Positions 47,783 to 57,045 of a stretch of DNA of 64,000 nt are shown piece after piece. A program made the position numbers and the translations under genes. The stretch spans positions 32,001 to 96,000 of IMG/VR virus record IMGVR_UViG_3300042731_004843; one strand, given 5' to 3'. The stretch's first letter is position 1; each line of letters begins with the position of its first letter. Source of the stretch: a virus. A model generated the notes under the pieces. It saw only the letters and a list, made by a program, of their open reading frames with translations, did no database searches and was not told where the DNA came from.

Positions 47783-48091
47783 GTGCAAGGTATTAACATG
47801 TCGGCGTTTTATCAGGAGATCGAGAAGATCGCGGCTCAGGCCAGGTCTTCTACTAGCGTGTGGTCGTCCAAGACAGTTGGGGCGGCCCGCTCTAAGTCTA
47901 CCGGGCAGCAGACTGCCAAGGCGCCGACCACTCCTAGCAGCCTAAACGTCAAGATCCCCTCGCCCGGTAAATACGGGCCGAGACAAAACTACTCTCAACC
48001 GAACGTCGTGACCGCACCTCCGGCCAACCCCATGCAGGGAGCGGGAGCACGCAATACCCCGCCACCTAATGTGGTTTTCGGTGTGCGGTAA
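47783..48091 (+). CDS. small protein with EIEKIA leader
   Basis: MQGINMSAFYQEIEKIA followed by Ser/Thr/Pro-rich basic region. Confidence 0.6.
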   Translation: MQGINMSAFYQEIEKIAAQARSSTSVWSSKTVGAARSKSTGQQTAKAPTTPSSLNVKIPSPGKYGPRQNYSQPNVVTAPPANPMQGAGARNTPPPNVVFGVR

Positions 48092-48104
48092 CAAGGAGGC
48101 CCAA

Positions 48105-49454
48105 ATGGAGTTCACGCTTCAAGAGCTCGTTCAGCAGACGCTGGCCGAAGCCGAAAATCGGGTAAAGACGGCCGCGGCCGCCAAGCCCGAGGATGAGAAG
48201 CAGGGGTCTCCGGCTAAGACGGATCCTTCGAACACTCCGAGCACTGCTCCGGAGCGTAACGAGGAAGGTATCAGCGAGAAGACCGCCACGGCGTTCGTGG
48301 AGAAACTAGCGAGCGCGGTGCAGTACCTCAACGAGAACTACCTCGAGAAGGATGCCGTCGGCAAGCCGGAGCCACCAACAGCCCACACCCCGCCACAGGC
48401 GGACTCGGGCGTCGGGGCGGGCAAAGGCACCGGCGCCATGCCTACCAACGTGGACAAGCCCACTTCTGGTATGCAATCTGAGGAGACTGGCCAGGCCACT
48501 CCTCAGCAGCAGCCGCCAACCAACCCCGGACAAGACGTCAAGTCCCCCGGGCAGGTGAATCCAGCCACCGCCATGCAGACGGACATGAATGACCGTCCCG
48601 GCGGCTCGGAAGACTGGACCAACACGGACAAGATGAAGCAGGCAGGTCTGGCTGCATTGCGTGAGGCAGCAGCCAGTCAGACGAAAGAGGCCAAGGTCTA
48701 CGACGTCGCTGCCAAAAAGGGCCTGGGCAGGGTCGGTCAGCTGTTGTCCGGCTCTCGCGCAAAGGGCCTGAAGCTGATGGAGCAGATGGGTGGGGCAGCC
48801 AAGGGCGCAGCCAAGTCTGAGGCCCGCAAGGTAATGGCCACCAGGGCCGGTGCCGGTGGCCTAGCTGCTGTAGGTGCCGGAGCGGCCGCTGCGAAGAAGC
48901 TCAAGGGCAAGAAAGACGAGTCCACCAAGGAAGCCCAAGTAGCTCGCATCCTCGACATCATGAGCAAGATGGCGGCGGACGCGGAGAACCCGGCAAAGAT
49001 CGGTGCTAAGGCGACCAACCCGCACCAGTCCAGCCCGGAAGGGGCATCTGAGTCCGAGAAGGACGTGCCCTCCCAGCCGGGAGAAGTGTCCAAGCAGGAA
49101 TCGATGGTCGGCTCCAACCAGTCGGCTATCGACTACACCAAGGGTCAAGCGAAGGCCGTGGCCAAAGCACGGATGCGTGAGGTTCTAGACGAACCAGCTC
49201 AGAAGAAGTCGACGGACCCGGTCCTTCATAACAACCTCACTGCTACTGGCAAGGCCGGTGTGAAGATCGCATCGCCCGAAGCCGGAGCGGCAGCGAGGGC
49301 CCTCCTCGAGAAGATCGCGGAGGAAGGGGCAAGCCCAGATGCAGGCCCCGAGCAGAAGGAGAGAGCTTCTAAGCTGCAGGAGCTCTTGCAGAATCGTCAG
49401 GAGTCCCAGCAGGGGGCCCTGGAACCCAACATGCCCGTTAGCGGCGGGTACTAG
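48105..49454 (+). CDS. low-complexity KxA-rich scaffold/core protein
   Basis: AAGGAGG RBS; KTAA, KTA, KLAS, KDA, KQA, KEA x2, KMAA, KIAS, EKIA. Confidence 0.6.
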   Translation: MEFTLQELVQQTLAEAENRVKTAAAAKPEDEKQGSPAKTDPSNTPSTAPERNEEGISEKTATAFVEKLASAVQYLNENYLEKDAVGKPEPPTAHTPPQADSGVGAGKGTGAMPTNVDKPTSGMQSEETGQATPQQQPPTNPGQDVKSPGQVNPATAMQTDMNDRPGGSEDWTNTDKMKQAGLAALREAAASQTKEAKVYDVAAKKGLGRVGQLLSGSRAKGLKLMEQMGGAAKGAAKSEARKVMATRAGAGGLAAVGAGAAAAKKLKGKKDESTKEAQVARILDIMSKMAADAENPAKIGAKATNPHQSSPEGASESEKDVPSQPGEVSKQESMVGSNQSAIDYTKGQAKAVAKARMREVLDEPAQKKSTDPVLHNNLTATGKAGVKIASPEAGAAARALLEKIAEEGASPDAGPEQKERASKLQELLQNRQESQQGALEPNMPVSGGY

Positions 49455-49463
49455 GAGGACGCC

Positions 49464-49847
49464 ATGAGCAAAGAGAAGATCAGTGCAGCCCAGGCGGCTC
49501 AGGTCTACTCGGAGGTCCCGGGCGTACTTCGTGCCCTAGCTTCCGAGCGTGATGAGCTGCTCACCAAAGTAGCCGGCCTTCAAGAGAAGGTAACGGAGTA
49601 CGAGGAGCGCGACCGCATCGAGAAGATCGCTCGAGCCATGGAGGACAAGGGCATCGACCCGAGCACTTCCCTGGTGGAGAAGAGCGAGAGGATCAAAGAG
49701 GCCGCGCAGAAGGGCAGATCACTCGACGCTATCGAAGAGGCTGTCGAGATGACCGCTCCTAATGGCGAGCTGGCAAAGCTCGCTGAGGAGAGGCCGGGTA
49801 ACGGTGTGTCTCAGCTTGAGGCTTACCTGACGGACGCCCAGTCCTAG
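49464..49847 (+). CDS. coiled-coil scaffold-like protein
   Basis: AGGAGG RBS; EKISA, EKIA, KEAA, KLA. Confidence 0.6.
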   Translation: MSKEKISAAQAAQVYSEVPGVLRALASERDELLTKVAGLQEKVTEYEERDRIEKIARAMEDKGIDPSTSLVEKSERIKEAAQKGRSLDAIEEAVEMTAPNGELAKLAEERPGNGVSQLEAYLTDAQS

Positions 49848-49875
49848 CAGCGACACGAACTGAGGGAGAAATCCG

Positions 49876-50325
49876 ATGGCAAACATTCACTTCGAGCTGG
49901 TCACCGAACTTCAGGGACTGATTCGCCGGGACTTTACCCTGGCGGACAAGGCCCTGGCGAACCCGAACAACACGAACCCGCTGATCGATGGCGAGTTCCT
50001 GAGCCTCGATGCCGCGTACCATCTGGTACGTGCTGCCGATGGCGTGCTGGCATTCGCGCACTTCATGGAGCGGGGACGCTTCGACGTGCAGGCCTTGGGC
50101 AAGACCATGGTTCTGTTCGGCGGGACCTACGAGGCGGACACTCGCGTGTTCACCGCAACCGGCCTCACCCTGGGCGGCAAGCTCCAGGTCAGTGCGTCCG
50201 TAACTGTCGACGGCAAAACCAAGTCTGGAGTCGCCAACTACGCCGCAGGCGAGGTTGTTGGCTACGTGACGCGGCTGCCGGCAAACAACGGCGGGAAGCT
50301 CCGCTTCCTGCAGACCATGGTCTAG
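49876..50325 (+). CDS. capsid decoration/cement protein
   Basis: 149-aa beta-rich protein directly before MCP. Confidence 0.5.
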   Translation: MANIHFELVTELQGLIRRDFTLADKALANPNNTNPLIDGEFLSLDAAYHLVRAADGVLAFAHFMERGRFDVQALGKTMVLFGGTYEADTRVFTATGLTLGGKLQVSASVTVDGKTKSGVANYAAGEVVGYVTRLPANNGGKLRFLQTMV

Positions 50326-50376
50326 TCCACGGCTAGGCACAGCGAGGACCAAACCAAGGTACCAAGGAGAAAAACC

Positions 50377-51498
50377 ATGAGCGTTCCCGCAAGAGTACTG
50401 AATGACCTCTTTTCCCAGAAGCTGGGCACCAGCGAGGGGAAGGAAAAGATCGCGGAATACGCAGGCACCTACATTCGTGACCGGCTGCGTGAAGTCAGCT
50501 TTGCGCGCAAGATTCTGCCCCCGCAGATGGTCACCCGTGCGGACTGCCAGCGTTCCGTCAACCACGACACCCTGGTGAAGATCATCGACGTCGAGCCCAA
50601 GAGCCGCGCGATGGCCATCACCTTCCGCGGTCAGCCGACCGCACGGTTCATCCGCGCTCCCAGGGCGGAGGTTCCGTTCTTCACCGTCTCGAGCGAGAAG
50701 TTCGAGAAGACCGAGCAGGAGCTCCTGGCCTACGAGATGCCGATCACCAAGGTGATCGAGGACAACTCGGTCAAGGACATCCAGGAGATCGAGGACCGTG
50801 AGTTCACGATCCACATCGAGGCGGCTGTCCAGGCCCTCCAGGCGGAGGCCAATGGCGGCGTCACGACCACCCTGAATGCCACGTCGGTTCAGGCCGGTAC
50901 CGTGGTGGAGTTCTCGGTGCGCAAGGGTGAGCTGGCCCGCAACGCCACCACCGATGACGGCACCGTCTATCCGGTACAGAGGCCGGACTTCGTCAACCTC
51001 TTCAAGCTGTTGGACGGCAACAGGCTGCGCGCGGAGATGGTTCTCATCACCGAGGTGGACTGGGACGACATCCTACAGTGGACCGTTGAGGATTTCGGTG
51101 ACCGCGTCCAGTCCGAGACGACGGTGGACGGCTACAAGTACAACCTGCTTTTGGGCCGGGCGTACTGCCGCACCATCAAGACGGACATCCTTCGTCCAGG
51201 CAACATCTACTGCTTCACCAAGCCGGACTTCTTTGGCCGGTTCTTCATCCTGAACAACACCAAGTTCTACATCGACAAGATCGCGAACCTGATCACGTGG
51301 CAGTCCTGGGAGGACATCGCCATGTCGGTCATCAACATCGCGTCGGTGCGGAAGGTGGAGCTGTACTCGGGTGACGCGACATCCAACGACGCCGATGGTA
51401 TCCTCTCTTCGGTCATCCCCGTGGACGAGGAAGATCTAGGCGCTGAGAACAACCGAGTCGATTCCGGCCTGGTGTTCCCGGGTGTCGAGGTCTTCTAG
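50377..51498 (+). CDS. major capsid protein (HK97 fold)
   Basis: 373 aa, strongly biased codons, RE.SFARKIL..DIQEIED..F, strong RBS, followed by terminator. Confidence 0.8.
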   Translation: MSVPARVLNDLFSQKLGTSEGKEKIAEYAGTYIRDRLREVSFARKILPPQMVTRADCQRSVNHDTLVKIIDVEPKSRAMAITFRGQPTARFIRAPRAEVPFFTVSSEKFEKTEQELLAYEMPITKVIEDNSVKDIQEIEDREFTIHIEAAVQALQAEANGGVTTTLNATSVQAGTVVEFSVRKGELARNATTDDGTVYPVQRPDFVNLFKLLDGNRLRAEMVLITEVDWDDILQWTVEDFGDRVQSETTVDGYKYNLLLGRAYCRTIKTDILRPGNIYCFTKPDFFGRFFILNNTKFYIDKIANLITWQSWEDIAMSVINIASVRKVELYSGDATSNDADGILSSVIPVDEEDLGAENNRVDSGLVFPGVEVF

Positions 51499-51543
51499 TC
51501 CTCTGGCTTAGTCCTAACGGACTGCCGTGGGCAAGACCACATG

Positions 51544-51578
51544 GGCGCCGGCGTCGCTATGGCGCCGGCGCCTTTTTT
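51544..51578 (+). terminator. intrinsic terminator after MCP
   Basis: GGCGCCGGCG stem followed by T6. Confidence 0.85.
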
Positions 51579-51591
51579 CTAGGAGGAGACA

Positions 51592-52239
51592 ATGGCCGAA
51601 GTAGCCAAGAAAGACACCAAGCCAGCCTTCCAGGTAGTGAATACTGTCCGCCGGGTAGGTACTAGGTTGCACCGCGCTCTGTCCCCACGGCGCCAGCGGT
51701 GGCAGCTCTGGGTTGCCGGCCAACGGCTTCTCCGGAACAAGAGGCTGCCGTTGACGGAAGAGCAGTTCCTCAAAGAGAGGGACCATCTCCATAAGCTGGT
51801 ACTGAGCGGCAAGGCGGCCGTGATCACCCCGGACAACGTCAAGGTCACTACCACGCCGGATGGGCGCTACGTGCTGACCAAGATGGGGACAGGGGCTACC
51901 AAGCTACTGGAGCAAGGGGAAGTCCCTGCATGCTTTGGCGAGAAGAAGGTAGCGAAGCCTCAGCCAAAGCCGGCACCCGCTCCAGAGACCCCAGCGGAGG
52001 AATGGCCCAAAGAAGAGCTGCCCAAAGCAGAGCCGGAGGAAGCCTCTGACCCCAAGAGCCAGGACCTGACGGCGTTGCCAGGTATTGGTGGTGGTCGGGC
52101 AAAGAAGCTGGAAGGCGTCGGGGTCACCGCCTACTCTCATGTAGTAGAATGTGGTGTCGCCGGCATGATGGAGATCCTCGGCATCACGAAGGACGTGGCT
52201 GAAGAGATCGTGGCGGCGGCCACCAAGCTGGACAGCTAG
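51592..52239 (+). CDS. protein with C-terminal helix-hairpin-helix domain
   Basis: DLTALPGIGGGRAKKL. Confidence 0.65.
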   Translation: MAEVAKKDTKPAFQVVNTVRRVGTRLHRALSPRRQRWQLWVAGQRLLRNKRLPLTEEQFLKERDHLHKLVLSGKAAVITPDNVKVTTTPDGRYVLTKMGTGATKLLEQGEVPACFGEKKVAKPQPKPAPAPETPAEEWPKEELPKAEPEEASDPKSQDLTALPGIGGGRAKKLEGVGVTAYSHVVECGVAGMMEILGITKDVAEEIVAAATKLDS

Positions 52240-52248
52240 GAGACGACC

Positions 52249-52551
52249 ATGGCCAAAGTCAAGTACACCGAAAAGGGCGGTTCCGGAGTCAGCGTGATGC
52301 GCTGGCGCGTGCTGCCAAACGGTAAGATCTTGGACCCACGCGGCAACGTGCGGGCGCAGCTGCCTGACGATGTGGCGTACAGCCGCGCAGCCAAGCGGCT
52401 GGCCGATAGGGGCGCCCTGTCCATCGAGGGGTACACGCCAGCCAAAAAGACTAGCCCGGTACCAGCTCCGAAGAAGGACCCAACCAACAAACAGGTGGGC
52501 CCAGAACCGGAAAGTCCGGAGAAGAAGGACAAAAAGAAGTCGGGCAAGTAG
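52249..52551 (+). CDS. basic hypothetical protein
   Basis: AGGAG RBS. Confidence 0.55.
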   Translation: MAKVKYTEKGGSGVSVMRWRVLPNGKILDPRGNVRAQLPDDVAYSRAAKRLADRGALSIEGYTPAKKTSPVPAPKKDPTNKQVGPEPESPEKKDKKKSGK

Positions 52552-52566
52552 TCCGCTGAGGCGCTC

Positions 52567-53082
52567 ATGGCACCCGAGCTACAAGGCCTGGAGGGTATCC
52601 CCGGGGTGAGCGACGTCTTCAGCTCGTTCATCCAGACCGTCCGGTTATTCACTAGGGACCATCCCCAGTTGAACCGGCTGGTAAAGGGGGAGGAATCGTC
52701 CGACCGTATGGTCGCGTGGGCGATTCAGGACTTTCTGAGTGACTTCGCCGGTACCCCTCCCCCGCTGGGCTACATGACTCTGGAGCAGCTGTTCGATCAG
52801 CACCTTCAGGCCTTCGCCCTTCGAGGGACCACGGTAGCCTTGCTACAGTCCGTCGGCATTCTACAGACCCGCAACCACCTGCAATTCTCTGATGGCGGCA
52901 TCAGTGTGGGGGTATCCGATAAAGCGCCCATGCTGATGCAGTGGATCCGCGACTTCCAGAATAAATACGAGCAGCAGAAACTGCAGATCAAAGTGTCCAT
53001 GAACATCCAGCAGCTTCTGGGAGGACACAGCGGAAGTCACAGCGAATATTTTTTTACCAACGGGTGGTATGGGGTTTATTGA
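52567..53082 (+). CDS. head-tail adaptor/neck-like protein
   Basis: Position after MCP; R..D..SD..A..FSDGGISV pattern. Confidence 0.5.
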   Translation: MAPELQGLEGIPGVSDVFSSFIQTVRLFTRDHPQLNRLVKGEESSDRMVAWAIQDFLSDFAGTPPPLGYMTLEQLFDQHLQAFALRGTTVALLQSVGILQTRNHLQFSDGGISVGVSDKAPMLMQWIRDFQNKYEQQKLQIKVSMNIQQLLGGHSGSHSEYFFTNGWYGVY

Positions 53083-53151
53083 ACAATGGTAAGTACGATA
53101 ATGGTTGCTATCCTTGCTGTGCAGTCGTACGCTACTTCTATGGAGGTAGCT

Positions 53152-53919
53152 ATGGCAAAAGTACGCTTGGATCATGGGCTGATCGTACGTCTTTACCAAG
53201 AGGGTAAGTCTGCTGCTGAAGTGGCAGTGGCGGCAGGTTGCTCGAAACCTGGGGTGCTTCATGTGTTACGTCTACACGAAGTGCCACTTCGTGTAGGGGC
53301 TAAAAGATCAGATACGGAGAGGCGTCTAGGGTTTCAGCCGACGAAGACGTGGGTACTCTCTCTGCTACAAGAAGCGGATAGCGCAAAGCAGGCAGCAGAA
53401 AAAGCCAACGTCCCGTACTCTACATTTATCGACTGGATGGACAAATTGGACGTCTCTCGGGCCCCCTGGCGCGGTGGGCCCAGAAGCGGCAATGCGCGCA
53501 GACAAGAGATCCCCATCGAGGAGGCGATTGCACTTTCCAATGAAGGCACGCCGTATGCGGAGCTCGCTGCTCGCTACGGCGTTTCCTACGGAGTTGTCTG
53601 CCGCCGGATGAAGGATGCCGGCCACGTGTCACCCAAAAACAAGCAGACCAAGCACTCCCAGTTCCGCCACGTACAGGTGCAGAAGCGTCGGGTTCTGAAC
53701 GAGTTAGGCATTACTACCTGTCAGATTTGTGGCGAGAGCAGGTCCCTGGACTATTCTCACATCGTGGCTGATAGGGACGGCGGGCCTATCGCCGCCGACA
53801 ATTGTCTTGTTTTGTGTCCTTCGCACCATCGATTTTTCGATAGCGATTCCCTGACGTCGGCCGAATGGCGTAAGATTTCTCGCAAGGTATTGGCGGCAAG
53901 GAAGAAGTACGCCGTTTAG
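53152..53919 (+). CDS. HNH endonuclease with N-terminal HTH repeats (free-standing homing endonuclease)
   Basis: CQICG..YSHI..GG..DNCLVLCPSHH; three HTH-like repeats; less GC3-biased than neighbours. Confidence 0.8.
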   Translation: MAKVRLDHGLIVRLYQEGKSAAEVAVAAGCSKPGVLHVLRLHEVPLRVGAKRSDTERRLGFQPTKTWVLSLLQEADSAKQAAEKANVPYSTFIDWMDKLDVSRAPWRGGPRSGNARRQEIPIEEAIALSNEGTPYAELAARYGVSYGVVCRRMKDAGHVSPKNKQTKHSQFRHVQVQKRRVLNELGITTCQICGESRSLDYSHIVADRDGGPIAADNCLVLCPSHHRFFDSDSLTSAEWRKISRKVLAARKKYAV

Positions 53920-53928
53920 GAGGACGAG

Positions 53929-54393
53929 ATGGCCTATACAGGCAGAACGTTCGACAACATCGAAGAGCTGACGGACTACCTAAACGGCATCGTCCTCGGC
54001 AAATCTTTTTTGGCCAGCTCCAAGGTGTATGGCCTAAATGCGCTAACCCTGATCATCAATGATGGTGGGGTAGATCGCACAGTCACGTTTTCCGATCCCA
54101 GTGAGCAGGGGCTGTCCCCAAAAGAGATCTTGGATCAGATCTACGCTACGCACGCCAACCTCGGGTCCCCGAATGTGGGCTTTCGTAGCTACGGCCATGC
54201 ATCGCCTCCCAAAGTGTCTCTGGCTGTCTTCACCGCTAGCTATACTGTGGACAAAGACGGTACGGCCAACACTATTCTGGGATTCTCCACCACGGTCGAC
54301 ACAGTGGTAGGAGCAAGTGCCGTGGTACAAGCTGATATCGTTTCCATCACCAGGTCTGATGAGGGGAACAAGTTCTATCTGGTGCACGCGTAG
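53929..54393 (+). CDS. virion structural protein sharing a domain with the sheath insertion
   Basis: GLNALTLII..TFSDP..GLS..DQI..DGTANTILGF closely matches sheath GLDTLTLKV..TFSDP..GLS..DQI..DGTANSILGF. Confidence 0.6.
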   Translation: MAYTGRTFDNIEELTDYLNGIVLGKSFLASSKVYGLNALTLIINDGGVDRTVTFSDPSEQGLSPKEILDQIYATHANLGSPNVGFRSYGHASPPKVSLAVFTASYTVDKDGTANTILGFSTTVDTVVGASAVVQADIVSITRSDEGNKFYLVHA

Positions 54394-54403
54394 GAGGGTC
54401 ACG

Positions 54404-55732
54404 ATGAGTGATAGAGCGCTGTATGACGTCCTCACGGAAGGCACTCCCACGGAGATACCATGGGACAGGGCGGCCGCGCACTTCGTCAAGCTGAAGATCG
54501 CCTCTGGCGGACTCCTACCGGAAGACATCGATGAGCTGGAGGAGATCACCAAGAAGGCCAAGGCGGAGGAGAAAGCCGCACCCCCATCCCCGACCGTGTC
54601 CGTCTCCAAAGATGACCTGGATAAGGCTGTCCAAAAGGGCATTCTGTCCGGCACCCGCAGTGCTGTGAGCGGAGATATCTCCCGTGCAGCACTAGTAGGC
54701 CGTAAGCGTGGGGAACGTGTGGGTAAGAATGTCGGTACCGCAGCAGGTATCGTGGGCGGCGGCCTTCTTGGGAGACGGCTTTTTAGGGGCGGCCCAACTG
54801 GTACCCTCGGTGGAGCAGCCCTAGGGGCTCTGCTAGGGCACGGCACAGGTAAGGCTGTCGGGGAAGAAGTAGACCGAGCCAAGATCAGGGCTCGAGCTAA
54901 AGGCGCAGCCATCGAGAAGACCTCGGACTTCGACTCCGAAAAAACGGGGCAGGACAAGGTCATTGAACTCTTGATGGCGAAGAAGGCCGAGATCTCCAAG
55001 CAGGCCCAGGATGAACCGCAATCCGGCCCACAGGACAACGAGGGCATCCCGGTAGAGGCACCGGTGGAACCGACCACAGAACCCATGCAGTCCCCCGATG
55101 TCCTCGAGGCATTTCTAGTGGCGCAGCAAAAGGCCAATGAAACTGAGTTCTTCAAGCAAAAGGCCGAGGAAGCTCAGATGGTGGCAGAGCAAGCCACCGA
55201 AGCAGCCGAACAGGCCCAAGCTACCGCCGAGCAGGCTCAACAAGCCGCTGACATGCAGGCTCAAGAAGGTGCCATGCGTGAAGAGGCCAACGCCCAGCAG
55301 ATGGCCACGACACAACAGCAGGCCCAAATGGCCTCCCAAGATGCCGTAACGGCCCGTAATGAGTCGCTTATGGCCCAGCAGCAGAACATCCAGATGAGGC
55401 AGGCTGTAACGGACTTCCGCCAAGCCCTGATGAACCTCATCTCGCAAGATCCCACGCAGATGGTCCCGCCCCCGATAGCTCCGACCGGGCCAATACCTGG
55501 GGCAGAGCAAGCCGCAGCAGGACCACCCGCAGAAGCAGGCCCACCAGGTACTCCGGCAGAAGGCGGACAGCCGGGAGAGATGCCTCCAGGGCCACCAGAA
55601 GCCGCAGGACCGGCCGCACCACCTGACCTGGGCGGACAACCGCCGGCAGGACCACAAGGCCCTCCAGGGCCACCTCCGGGCCCTCCAGGAGCACCACCAG
55701 CTGGACCACCGGCAGGACTACCCCAGGGATAG
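54404..55732 (+). CDS. KxA protein: glycine zipper, Gln/Ala coiled coil, Pro/Gly tail
   Basis: AGGAGG RBS; KIAS, KKA, EKTS, KQA. Confidence 0.65.
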   Translation: MSDRALYDVLTEGTPTEIPWDRAAAHFVKLKIASGGLLPEDIDELEEITKKAKAEEKAAPPSPTVSVSKDDLDKAVQKGILSGTRSAVSGDISRAALVGRKRGERVGKNVGTAAGIVGGGLLGRRLFRGGPTGTLGGAALGALLGHGTGKAVGEEVDRAKIRARAKGAAIEKTSDFDSEKTGQDKVIELLMAKKAEISKQAQDEPQSGPQDNEGIPVEAPVEPTTEPMQSPDVLEAFLVAQQKANETEFFKQKAEEAQMVAEQATEAAEQAQATAEQAQQAADMQAQEGAMREEANAQQMATTQQQAQMASQDAVTARNESLMAQQQNIQMRQAVTDFRQALMNLISQDPTQMVPPPIAPTGPIPGAEQAAAGPPAEAGPPGTPAEGGQPGEMPPGPPEAAGPAAPPDLGGQPPAGPQGPPGPPPGPPGAPPAGPPAGLPQG

Positions 55733-55741
55733 GAGAAGACG

Positions 55742-56860
55742 ATGGACACCTTCTTGACCGAACTGTACGAGGAAGCACAAGAGAAGAGGGCCTCTGCTGA
55801 GCTCCAAGACTTCATGAAGTCTATGGATCGTGATGACTTGGAGGCTTTCTTGGGGCTGGACAAGCAGGCCGTGGCCGGACCTGCCGAGGGCGAGATGCCC
55901 GCCAACTGGCAGGGCAAAGAGCTGGACGCCTCCCAAAAGGCCAAGGACGACTACCTGGCTCAGGAGCACCAGGGCACGCCCAAGTCGGTAGAGAAGACCG
56001 ACAAGTGGGCCCAGACCTGCAACAGCCAGGAAGGCACATCCAAGGTCAAGTCGGACAAAGAGGATGAGCCGAAGACCAAGGCCGCGGAAGCCAAGTTCCA
56101 GGCAGCCGATGCCATCGGCAGGATGTTCGCCAAGCAGGCGTCTTTGGGCTCTTACTTGGGGGCCAAACGTTCCGACAAGAAGCGTGAAAAAGAGAAGAAG
56201 TCCCAGGGTCTGGGCTCTGACATGGCAGCCATGGACTCCGGGCTGGAGAACACGGCCGAGGCCAAGATCGCCAGGATCTTTGGCGCGGGCGAGCCCTCAG
56301 AGACTATGTACAGCGACAGGGTTCCTTACGACGTGCGTGAGCGCGCGTTCAAGGGCTACCTGCAGCAGAAAAGCCAAGAGGCACCGACCGGCCTAGCCAG
56401 AGCCTTAGGTGGCGGGGCCGCGGTAGGCGGGGGTCTGGGAGCCCTCTTGGGTGCCGGTACTGGTGGGGGCAAGGGCGCGCTGATCGGTAGTGGAATCGGG
56501 GCTGGGCTAGGCGCTCTAGGTGGCGCCGGCATGCGCGCCGCCGACAAGTCAGAGATCGCCCGCACCAAACAGGAACTGGCTAGCGGGGACCTTCCACTGG
56601 CTATGGCCCATAGGATCGGGGACTACGAAAGCAGTAGAAATTTTGCCGAGGAGATGAGGCGCCAGCAGGCGGACTCCAAGACAGATCGCCGGCACAGAGA
56701 GCACATGGACGTCCTTAGAGGGCGGGGCAGCACCAAGAAAGCGGAAGCCAAAGCCAAGATCGCCCAGATGGCCATGAAAGTCTCCGAGGGCGCTCCTGAA
56801 CACGTCAAGGCTGCTGCTGTCTTCATGGCCGGTCGTAAGATGGCTGAGCTCTCCAAGTAG
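55742..56860 (+). CDS. KxA-rich protein with glycine-zipper cassette
   Basis: EKRAS, KQA, KQAS, AKIA x2; GGGLGALLGAG..GAGLGALGG. Confidence 0.65.
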   Translation: MDTFLTELYEEAQEKRASAELQDFMKSMDRDDLEAFLGLDKQAVAGPAEGEMPANWQGKELDASQKAKDDYLAQEHQGTPKSVEKTDKWAQTCNSQEGTSKVKSDKEDEPKTKAAEAKFQAADAIGRMFAKQASLGSYLGAKRSDKKREKEKKSQGLGSDMAAMDSGLENTAEAKIARIFGAGEPSETMYSDRVPYDVRERAFKGYLQQKSQEAPTGLARALGGGAAVGGGLGALLGAGTGGGKGALIGSGIGAGLGALGGAGMRAADKSEIARTKQELASGDLPLAMAHRIGDYESSRNFAEEMRRQQADSKTDRRHREHMDVLRGRGSTKKAEAKAKIAQMAMKVSEGAPEHVKAAAVFMAGRKMAELSK

Positions 56861-56865
56861 CAGCC

Positions 56866-57045
56866 ATGAACCCGCAGACCCTACAAGGGATGGCCGATGA
56901 GCTCGAGAAGATCGCCACCGGGGGTCAGTTCAAGTTCATGGGCATGGCCGACGATGAGAAGAGGCGCACCTTGGCCATGAGCAAAAACCTCAACCAGAGC
57001 CTCGGCAAGGTACTCACCCACGAGTACAAGGACGACAAGAGGTAG
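56866..57045 (+). CDS. 59-aa protein with DELEKIA leader (not in ORF track)
   Basis: MNPQTLQGMADELEKIATGG...; exactly fills the intergenic gap. Confidence 0.65.
   Translation: MNPQTLQGMADELEKIATGGQFKFMGMADDEKRRTLAMSKNLNQSLGKVLTHEYKDDKR

Noticed and set aside
55460-55732. Collagen-like or tandem DNA repeat
   Set aside because: Pro/Gly-rich low-complexity coding tail without sustained Gly-X-Y period
49759-55944. Long antisense ORFs (49759-50814, 54043-55155, 55261-55944) and many similar ones
   Set aside because: Shadow frames of GC3-biased genes with no RBS or motifs
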